A stretch of 64,000 nt of DNA, from contig DFGB01000045.1 in NCBI GenBank assembly GCA_002371135.1, positions 5,478 through 69,477 of the forward strand, read 5' to 3'. Origin of the DNA: Verrucomicrobia bacterium UBA3761. Lineage in GTDB: Bacteria > Verrucomicrobiota > Kiritimatiellia > RFP12 > UBA1067. Positions 19,007 to 25,727 of this stretch are shown here, one piece after another. The number at the start of each line of letters is the position of its first letter. Positions within the stretch are counted from its first letter, which is position 1. The notes beneath the pieces were generated by a model. That model did no database searches. It saw nothing but the letters and a program-made list of their open reading frames with translations, and had not been told where the DNA came from. Made by a program: the position numbers and the translations under genes.

Positions 19007-19040
19007 TTATACCAAAACTCCCCGGTTTCCTCAACCGTGA
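19007..19040 (-). promoter_or_regulatory. Candidate promoter for the methyltransferase/endonuclease operon (TTGAGG-N17-TGGTATAAT on the minus strand)
   Basis: An extended -10 TGGTATAAT matches the family at 21915, 43353, 45524 and 59486; it implies a leader of about 220 nt. Confidence 0.4.
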
Positions 19041-19081
19041 AAGTTGCACATTGCAATTTTCCGTTTCCTCCAAATACCCCA

Positions 19082-19110
19082 TTGACCGGACGATGAGAAT
19101 TTGATACAAT
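19082..19110 (+). promoter_or_regulatory. tRNA promoter TTGACC-N17-TACAAT
   Basis: It sits 29 nt upstream of the mature tRNA 5' end. Confidence 0.55.
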
Positions 19111-19138
19111 ATGTGCCCGTTGCGGTAAACAAGCAATT

Positions 19139-19214
19139 GGCGAGATAGCTCAGTTGGTAGAGCGCAGGACTCATAAGCCTAAGGTCAAGGGTTCGATCCC
19201 CTTTCTCGCCACCA
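19139..19214 (+). tRNA. tRNA with anticodon CAT (Met, or possibly Ile2/lysidine), 76 nt including the encoded CCA
   Basis: GGCGAGATAGCTCAGTTGGTAGAGC.. anticodon loop CTCATAA ..GGTTCGATCC..TCTCGCCACCA has good acceptor, D and T stems. The anticodon stem has only 3 Watson-Crick pairs (CAGGA/GCCTA). Confidence 0.8.
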
Positions 19215-19230
19215 TTCGATTTACCTCCTA

Positions 19231-19259
19231 GTCCAGGAATTTCCTGGACTTTTTTTATT
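19231..19259 (+). terminator. Rho-independent terminator GTCCAGGAA-TT-TCCTGGAC followed by TTTTTTT
   Basis: A perfect hairpin with a U-tract directly after the tRNA. Confidence 0.8.
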
Positions 19260-20413
19260 TATTCTCCGATTGCGACGCGGATGAAGAGCGTGAAAGCGCC
19301 GGAGGGGAGTTCGCGCGCGACGTCGAACGAGAACGTGCCATCGGCGGAAACGGCGGCGTTGGCGATGCAGTCCTTCGAAAACTCGGCGTCGTCGAGTTCC
19401 GAGAGGGACGTCGCGGTCTTCACCTTGATGTCGGACGCTTTGAACGCGGCGAGCAGCGCATCCGACGCCTCCAGCTCGCACGTCAGATGCACAGTCGGGG
19501 TGGAATTGGCGACCGAAACGGAAACGCCCGTGATTTCCAAGTCCGCTTCTTCCGCCGCAGCGGTTATGACGCGCGTTTTGCCATCGTCTAAAAGCGTGTT
19601 AGCGAGCGATGGGGCGATTGAAACTTTCGTCGACGTCGTGCCTGAGCCGTTGCCTATGGGCGAAGAATCGGAGCCTGCGGTCGCCGTCACCGTCCCGCCG
19701 GTTATTGTCACCGAGTCGCATCTTGCATTAGAGCCGCTCGCGCCGCCTATGCCGGCGGAGTACTTTCCGCCCGTGGCAACAACCGTCCCGCCCGTTATCA
19801 ATATGGCGCCGCACTTTGCCAGATTGTAGCCGCCGCCAATGCCACAACCGATCGTCGTCGAAGGCGTTTTTGCCGTCACCGTCCCGCCGTTGATGGTTAT
19901 AGTGCCGCAGTCGGCCGGTTTGGCCGGTTTGCTGGAAAGACCACCCCCACCGCCAATTGCCGCGCCGTATGACGTGGATTCCGCTTCGATTATTCCCCCT
20001 TCAATGACGATATTCCCGGCGGAATTGCCTTGGAACGCGCCTATCGCGGCAGAATTGCTCCCGCCTTTGCAAATCAATTTCCCGTTCCCCTTCTCCCCGC
20101 CTTTTATTGTGAGAGTGCGATTCGCGGCGATGAATATCGCCGGTGTATTCTTAGCGGTAATCGTGTTGACGGTGTCGTCGGCGATTATGAGCTCGGCGTC
20201 GCTCTCAAAATGCAGACCGCCTGAAGTTGTGCTTGATGTCGTCAGCGTCACGTTATCAAGGGTGATGACGCTTTTATCTGTATATTTCGTTGCATAAATC
20301 GTGCCACTGAGCGTATCCTCCGTCGCAAACGCGGCCAGAGCGCCGAATGCGAATGCAAAAAACGCGCAGCCGTGACGCAGCGCGCGGATGAATGAATGCA
20401 ATTGGACTTTCAT
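19259..20413 (-). CDS. Secreted parallel beta-helix repeat protein (adhesin-like)
   Basis: It has a signal peptide MKVQLHSFIRALRHGCAFFAFAFGALAAFA and repeated GGTVTA/ITGGTVVATGG/IGGG motifs; the start is set at 20413, because the ORF-track extension runs into the REP cluster. Confidence 0.55.
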   Translation of the reverse strand: MKVQLHSFIRALRHGCAFFAFAFGALAAFATEDTLSGTIYATKYTDKSVITLDNVTLTTSSTTSGGLHFESDAELIIADDTVNTITAKNTPAIFIAANRTLTIKGGEKGNGKLICKGGSNSAAIGAFQGNSAGNIVIEGGIIEAESTSYGAAIGGGGGLSSKPAKPADCGTITINGGTVTAKTPSTTIGCGIGGGYNLAKCGAILITGGTVVATGGKYSAGIGGASGSNARCDSVTITGGTVTATAGSDSSPIGNGSGTTSTKVSIAPSLANTLLDDGKTRVITAAAEEADLEITGVSVSVANSTPTVHLTCELEASDALLAAFKASDIKVKTATSLSELDDAEFSKDCIANAAVSADGTFSFDVARELPSGAFTLFIRVAIGE

Positions 20414-20439
20414 GCGCGGTATTTTACCATATTTCATTC

Positions 20440-20890
20440 CGGCTGGCAAGCGAGAGGCCCAAAAATTTACGCCAGCGCCAAGGAATATCCCCCAGCCGAA
20501 GGCTGTCCCAAGAAGCGGATGCCCTAGCGCCAAGGAGGCGCGGCTTTAGCCGCGCTAGTCGAGCGAGGGGGGTGCGCGGGAGGGCCGCGCTTCAGCGCGG
20601 CCGAGTTATGGTGCGGCTTGAGCGCCAAGGAATATCCCCCAGCCGAAGGCTGTCCGCGAAGCGGATGCCCTAGCAGGGGTGCGCGGCTTCAGCCGCGCAT
20701 AGACGAACGAAGGGGGGTGCGCGGCTAAAGCCGCGCCTCCTTGGCGCAGACGAAGGTCGAGACTGGCGCAGACGAAGGTCGAGACTGGCGCAAGCGAAGG
20801 CCTCGCTTGGGCGAGAGTTTCAAGTTGCTTCGGGGGCACTCGCCAAACGGTCCGGGAGGGGTGTTTCGCCCCCTTTACGGGGATTGCGCG
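20440..20890. repeat. REP/BIME-like repeat cluster 3: unit B at 20463..20520 and 20616..20676; hairpins at 20538..20555, 20682..20699 and 20719..20736; a 22-bp direct repeat CAGACGAAGGTCGAGACTGGCG x2 at 20746..20789; and the palindrome GGCCGCGCTTCAGCGCGGCC at 20586..20605
   Basis: Read directly from the sequence; it shares peptides with false ORFs 20392..20673 and 55722..55913. Confidence 0.85.
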
Positions 20891-20919
20891 GCGGAGGGTG
20901 GATTTAGTAGCATATTGGC

Positions 20920-21492
20920 ATGAAAATGACATTTATCGCGGCAATATTCCTCGCAGCGGCATCCGGGCTCGCCCAAGGCGCCAAGAACGGCGAAATCTGG
21001 CCGGACGCGGTGACGTGGTGCCGCAAGAACGGAGTTCCGGACATCATCCTCTGCGACGTTCTGATGCCGAAGGAAGACGGCTTCACGGTCCTTGAAAACC
21101 TAAAGAAGGAATTCGACGGCGTGAAGCTCATCTTCCTCTCCGGCATGCCGCGCAAAGGCGACGAGGCGCGCGCCCGCCAGATGGGCGCCTGCGGCTACAT
21201 GCCGAAGAGCGCCGACACGAACACCCTCGCCGACATGATCGCCAAGGTCGCCGAGGGCCTCGTCGATTTCGCGACGGAATCCTACACGAACGAGAAATCG
21301 CCCTTCTCCCCCAAGGAGCGCGAAACCCTGAAGTATCTCGCGCTCGGCAAGACGCGCGAAGAGATTTCGATTATCATGGGATGCGGCATAGAAACGACGA
21401 AGACGCGCGTGACGGAAATCCGCCGCAAGCTCGACGCCGCCAACACCACCGCCGCCATCGCCCGCGCCTACGAACTCGGGTATCTGACGTAA
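20920..21492 (+). CDS. LuxR/NarL-family response regulator with an N-terminally truncated receiver domain (possibly degenerate or a pseudogene)
   Basis: The C-terminus carries a GerE HTH (ETLKYLALGKTREEISIIMGCGIETTKTRVTEIRRKL). The receiver aligns from about beta3 onwards (DIILCDVLMPKEDGF..), but the first ~35 residues with the acidic pocket are replaced by the hydrophobic MKMTFIAAIFLAAASG. An in-frame stop lies 9 nt upstream and the REP cluster abuts the gene. Confidence 0.6.
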   Translation: MKMTFIAAIFLAAASGLAQGAKNGEIWPDAVTWCRKNGVPDIILCDVLMPKEDGFTVLENLKKEFDGVKLIFLSGMPRKGDEARARQMGACGYMPKSADTNTLADMIAKVAEGLVDFATESYTNEKSPFSPKERETLKYLALGKTREEISIIMGCGIETTKTRVTEIRRKLDAANTTAAIARAYELGYLT

Positions 21493-21499
21493 GGAACCG

Positions 21500-21680
21500 T
21501 TGAAAAATAAAGTCTACTTTTCAAGCTTTCCATTTTTTATCGCAGAGACCCGAGAGGCGCAGAGTACGCAGAGAGAAAATTTTTTCGATTGTTTGATTGT
21601 TTTAAGCCTCTGCGTACTCGGCGTCTCGGCGTCTCTGCGATAAAAAATGAAAGGCTTGAAGCAATCGAAAATTCTCTTTG
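21500..21680. repeat. Tandem-heptamer palindrome: TTTTTTATCGCAGAGAC..(CGCAGAG)..centre TTTTTTCGATTGTTTGATTGTTTT..GTCTCTGCGATAAAAAA, plus a small TTGAAAA..TTTTCAA hairpin at 21500..21526
   Basis: It uses the same CGCAGAG/CGATTTG heptamers as the element at 7578..7745 and lies at the 3' end of the regulator gene. Confidence 0.85.
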
Positions 21681-21890
21681 TTCCTGCCGAGGAAACCATT
21701 TTATCTATCTACAGTGCCTAAGCCCCGCACAGCGCCCAGAGCAAAATCATTTGCGTTTCCTGACTTCGCGCGCCAGAGCGGACGAAAGCGCGAGAAAAAC
21801 TTGCACGCACTCTACGCTTTGCGAATGCAAAATGCCGGCTGTTTTGAATTTCCGCAAATGGCCGGCACCGGCGCGAAGCGCGAAGCGCTA

Positions 21891-21920
21891 TTGACCCGGC
21901 GCGAGGCAAAATGGTATAAT
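21891..21920 (+). promoter_or_regulatory. Sigma70-type promoter TTGACC-N18-TGGTATAAT for ilvC
   Basis: A perfect -35 and an extended -10 lie 39 nt upstream of the ATG. Confidence 0.6.
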
Positions 21921-21958
21921 ATGCGACAAACGGAACAAACCCCGTAGAAAGAAGCAAA

Positions 21959-23068
21959 ATGAAGATCAAGTTCGGAAAAACCGTCGAAAACATCGTCACC
22001 CGCCAGGAGTTCCCGCTCGAAAAGGCGCAGGAAGTCCTCAAGGGCAAAACAATCGCCGTACTCGGCTACGGCATCCAGGGTCCCGGGCAGGCGCTGAACA
22101 TGCGCGACAACGGGATCAATGTGATCGTCGGTCAGCGCAAGAACACGAAGGCGAATTCCAGCTGGAACCGCGCCATCAAGGATGGCTGGGTGGAAGGCGA
22201 GACTCTCTTCTCGCTCGAAGAGGCCGCCGAAAAAGGCGACATCATCATGATGCTCGTCTCGGACGGTTCGGTGGGGCAGGTCTGGAAGAAGATCGAAAAG
22301 TTCGTCACGCCCGGCAAGTATCTCTATTTCTCGCACGGCTTCGGCTACGTCTACAACAAGCTCACCGGCATCAAGCCGGCGAAGGGCGTCGGCGTCGTGA
22401 TGGTCGCGCCGAAGGGATCGGGCACGTCGGTACGCCGCAACTTCCTCTCGGGAGCCGGCATCAACTCCTCCTACGCTTTCGAGCCGAACGGCATGAAGAA
22501 GAAAACCGTCGAGGACGTGACAAAGGCGATCGGCATCGCGGTGGGCTCTGGCTACCTCTTCCCGACCACGTTCGAGAATGAAGTGACGAGCGACCTCGTG
22601 GGCGAGCGCGGCATTCTGATGGGAGCGCTCGCGGGCGTGATGGAGGCGCAGTTCTACACTCTGCGCGCAAACGGCCACAGCCCTTCAGAGGCGTTCAACG
22701 AAACCTGCGAAGAGCTCACGCAGTCGCTCATCCGCCTCGTCGACGAAAACGGCATGGACTGGATGTATTCGAACTGCTCGCAGACGGCGCAGCACGGCGC
22801 GCTCAAGTGGCGTCCGCTCTTCCGCAAGGCGACGGAGCCCGTCTTCAAGAAGCTCTACGCGAGCGTGAAGTCGATGAAGGAAGCCAAGGAAGTCATCAAG
22901 GACACCGGCTGCGCGGACTACAAGGAGCGCATGGCCGCGAAGCTCCAGGACATGCACGACTCGGAAATGTGGCTCACGGGCGCCGCGGTGCGTTCGCTCC
23001 GTCCGCACGAAGAGGCCAAGGGCGGCGTCGGTTCCGCCGGCTGGGGCGGCCGCAAGGTCACCAAGTAA
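21959..23068 (+). CDS. ilvC: Ketol-acid reductoisomerase
   Basis: 369 aa with GKTIAVLGYGIQGPGQALNMRDNGINVIVGQRKN (NADP-binding Rossmann fold) and FSHGFG..VVMVAPKGSGTSVRR..SDLVGERGILMG, which is KARI-like. Confidence 0.8.
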   Translation: MKIKFGKTVENIVTRQEFPLEKAQEVLKGKTIAVLGYGIQGPGQALNMRDNGINVIVGQRKNTKANSSWNRAIKDGWVEGETLFSLEEAAEKGDIIMMLVSDGSVGQVWKKIEKFVTPGKYLYFSHGFGYVYNKLTGIKPAKGVGVVMVAPKGSGTSVRRNFLSGAGINSSYAFEPNGMKKKTVEDVTKAIGIAVGSGYLFPTTFENEVTSDLVGERGILMGALAGVMEAQFYTLRANGHSPSEAFNETCEELTQSLIRLVDENGMDWMYSNCSQTAQHGALKWRPLFRKATEPVFKKLYASVKSMKEAKEVIKDTGCADYKERMAAKLQDMHDSEMWLTGAAVRSLRPHEEAKGGVGSAGWGGRKVTK

Positions 23069-23082
23069 AAGACATTTAGCAT

Positions 23083-23225
23083 TGCATTTTGCCATTTAGG
23101 GACCGATCCCGTCGCACCGGTACAAATGAAACAATGGACAAATGGCAAAATGCAATGCCAAATGCCAAATGCAAAATATAAAATGCAACGGGGAAATGGA
23201 GAACGGTGAAATGCCAAATGCCAGG
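23083..23225. repeat. Palindrome with GCAAAAT/GCCAAAT heptamer arrays: perfect 19-bp arms ATTTAGCATTGCATTTTGCCATTT / AAATGGCAAAATGCAATGCCAAAT, then (GCCAAAT/GCAAAAT) tandems
   Basis: It lies immediately downstream of ilvC, and related half-elements occur at 24395..24426 and 25650..25727. Confidence 0.8.
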
Positions 23226-24389
23226 TTTTCCATTCTTTTCATTTTCCTCTTTTCGCTTCTGACGCTTGAAGCGGCGCCAACGATCCGCCTCGTCTACGGC
23301 AAGAGCTGGAGCGAGGCGGGGCGCCGCGTCAAGAAGACGCTTGAATCGGCGGCGTTCAAATCGGCCGCCAAGGGCCGCTACCTCGTCGAATGCGTAGACG
23401 AGAGCGGCGACAAGCCGTCGCCGAAGAATCTCGGCTCGATAAAGCTCCCGGCGATTTTCGTGATATCGGAACAGGGGAATTGTTTTTTTGTAAAGGAAAA
23501 CATGCCGGCCGGCGTGGAAGCCGCGCAGATACTCGCGGCCGTGGAGCGCGTGAACAAAGTCCGGCTCGCGGCGGAAAAGGCCGGCTTCGACACGGCGGAC
23601 AAGTGCGGCGCGTTCCTCGAGCGCATGGAGAAATTCGTCGGCGGGCCGCAGCGCGTAATTTCGAAGGGCTACTACCCAGACATCTTCGACAAGCTCGTGC
23701 GGCTCGACCCGGGCGACTCCACAGGCTGGCAGCGCCACTTTACAATGGGCGACGGCATCGACATCGTAATCAAGGCCAACGAATACCGCGAGAAAGGCGA
23801 CTTCTCCGGCGGAGAAGCGTTCCTCGCCGAAGAATTCAAAAAGCCGCGCAGGCACCTCACAAAAGAGCAGACCCAGGCGCTGTTGATGGCGAAATTCGCC
23901 CTCTACCGCGAAAACGAATCCAAGCGCGACGAACTCGTCGGATTCCTCAGGCGAGTCGCGGAAGTGGGCGAGGACACGCTCTGGGGCACGAGCGCCGTCG
24001 GCTGGCTGAACATAATGAAAGAGCCTCCGCTCTCCACATACTGGGGCTGGCGCAAAGGCGACTTCAAAGGCCCGAAATTCTCGGTTCCCGTGAAGTTCGG
24101 CGCTTCGAGCAGTTTCCCGCGCCAGGGCAGATACACGATTTCGTTCACGAAAACCTCCGGCGTCAATTTCAAAATCGAATCGATTGCGATAATGGCCGGC
24201 AAGGAAGAGGCGGCCGTTCTCAAAAATCCAATCTGCCAAGGCGACACGACCTCGTTCGATTTCGACATGAAGAGGGCATGGCGAGGCAAGATCACCGCCA
24301 TCGTCGTCAATGGCGTCTCGGATCCCGACGGCAACTCCACAGGGCGTATCGACGTGAAGCGCCACATATTGAAAGCGCGCAAGAGCTAG
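23211..24389 (+). CDS. Hypothetical secreted protein (392 aa)
   Basis: The start is set at MPNARFSILFIFLFSLLTLEA (signal peptide) because the ORF-track N-terminus lies in the repeat; no recognisable domain; lower GC. Confidence 0.5.
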   Translation: MPNARFSILFIFLFSLLTLEAAPTIRLVYGKSWSEAGRRVKKTLESAAFKSAAKGRYLVECVDESGDKPSPKNLGSIKLPAIFVISEQGNCFFVKENMPAGVEAAQILAAVERVNKVRLAAEKAGFDTADKCGAFLERMEKFVGGPQRVISKGYYPDIFDKLVRLDPGDSTGWQRHFTMGDGIDIVIKANEYREKGDFSGGEAFLAEEFKKPRRHLTKEQTQALLMAKFALYRENESKRDELVGFLRRVAEVGEDTLWGTSAVGWLNIMKEPPLSTYWGWRKGDFKGPKFSVPVKFGASSSFPRQGRYTISFTKTSGVNFKIESIAIMAGKEEAAVLKNPICQGDTTSFDFDMKRAWRGKITAIVVNGVSDPDGNSTGRIDVKRHILKARKS

Positions 24390-24394
24390 CATGG

Positions 24395-24426
24395 AGATGG
24401 TTGGCATTTGGCATTGCATTGGGTGC
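24395..24426. repeat. ATTTGGC-type half-palindrome (GGTTGGCATTTGGCATTGCATTGGGTGCC)
   Basis: It is related to the repeats at 23083..23225 and 25650..25727. Confidence 0.6.
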
Positions 24427-24643
24427 CAGGTGGCATAAAAAAAATCGGCTCTTCGCACATTTTGGCGGATGCCATGAAGAACAAGCTTGAAGAGATGAAG
24501 CGGGCTATGAGGCGTGGGAATGAGGGATGAGAATGGAGTGTATGGCAGGCTCGGCAGTTTATGCCGACGGAAATCTACTTTATTTTACGGACGATAAACT
24601 TCCTTTTGCGGGAGGATAAATTTCCGCAGAACATGAAGGAGGG

Positions 24644-25645
24644 ATGTCGATGAACTTTATTACCATAGAAGAGATAGCCGCAAAATGGGGCATAACGCCC
24701 CGCCAAGCGCGTTCGTATTGCGCCGGCAATCGCATCCCTGGGGCTATCTTGGAACACGGAGAATGGCGGATACCGGCCGATGCCGGCAAACCGGAACGCA
24801 AGCGGCGCCGGACTTTCCCCACGACCATCCTCGGAGTTCTGGAGGCAGAACGAAGTTCGCGTATTTCCGGCGGACTCTATCATCGTCTCCAGATTGACCT
24901 CGCCTACAACTCAAACCATATCGAGGGAAGCCGTCTTACACACGAGCAGACACGGTGGATCTTCGAGACGAAGACAATAGGCGAAATGGCTTCGGACATC
25001 CCCGTGGATGACATAATCGAGACGGTCAACCATTTCCGCGCCGTCGACAAGGTTATCATGACTGCCACTTCCGCATTGACCGAAGGATACATCAAAAGGC
25101 TTCATGAAATACTCAAAAGCGGCACCTCCGACAGCCGGAAGGACTGGTTTGCCGTCGGAGAATACAAACGGCTGGACAATGTAGTCGGCGAAATGGAGAC
25201 ATGCCCCGCCAAGGACGTACACCATGAGATGGCGAAACTGCTTGCGTGGTGGAAACCGGTCGAAAAAACGTTCGAGAACCTGCTGGATCTTCACGTCCGG
25301 TTCGAGCAGATTCATCCGTTTCAAGATGGCAACGGACGCGTCGGGAGGCTTGTCCTTCTCAAGGAATGCCTGAAATACAACATCACGCCGTTTGTAATCG
25401 CGGAGAATTTCAAACAGTTCTACTATCTCGGGCTTCAGGACTGGCGGCAAGGGCGTCACACGCGGCTCATGGACACTTGCCGCACTGGACAGGACGTGTT
25501 CATCCTTGGATTGCGACAGTTTGGGCATGTGAAGCTTGCGGAAAAAGCCGAGGCCGGTCAAAAGGTCCCGGAAAGACGGAGTGACAGGAAGCAGGAAAGT
25601 GTTTTGATGGAAACAACATTGACAACAGACACTGCCATGCAATAG
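24644..25645 (+). CDS. Fic/DOC-family protein with an N-terminal helix-turn-helix (excisionase/MerR-like) domain
   Basis: It carries the Fic motif HPFQDGNGRVGR and the N-terminal segment ITIEEIAAKWGITPRQARSYC; GC is about 55%, lower than the flanks. Confidence 0.85.
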   Translation: MSMNFITIEEIAAKWGITPRQARSYCAGNRIPGAILEHGEWRIPADAGKPERKRRRTFPTTILGVLEAERSSRISGGLYHRLQIDLAYNSNHIEGSRLTHEQTRWIFETKTIGEMASDIPVDDIIETVNHFRAVDKVIMTATSALTEGYIKRLHEILKSGTSDSRKDWFAVGEYKRLDNVVGEMETCPAKDVHHEMAKLLAWWKPVEKTFENLLDLHVRFEQIHPFQDGNGRVGRLVLLKECLKYNITPFVIAENFKQFYYLGLQDWRQGRHTRLMDTCRTGQDVFILGLRQFGHVKLAEKAEAGQKVPERRSDRKQESVLMETTLTTDTAMQ

Positions 25646-25649
25646 TTTT

Positions 25650-25727
25650 TCAACACAGAGGCACAGAGTTTATCGATTTTATGCCATTGAAATGATGCAA
25701 TGCCAAATGCTAAATGCCAAATAACCG
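25650..25727. repeat. Short repeat block with CACAGAG/TCGATTT and GCCAAATG/GCTAAATG units
   Basis: It mixes heptamers seen at 7578, 21500 and 23083. Confidence 0.6.

Noticed and set aside
20392-20673. The ORFs 20392..20673 and 55722..55913, which share the peptide ERQGISPSRRLSAKRMP
   Set aside because: The shared sequence comes from copies of the REP-like unit B; there is no coding signal, and they are repeat artefacts.
24480-24600. The small ORFs MKNKLEEMKRAMRRGNEG and MECMAGSAVYADGNLLYFTDDKLPFAGG upstream of the Fic gene
   Set aside because: They are too short, have no RBS or conservation cue, and could be leader peptides, which cannot be supported from sequence alone.
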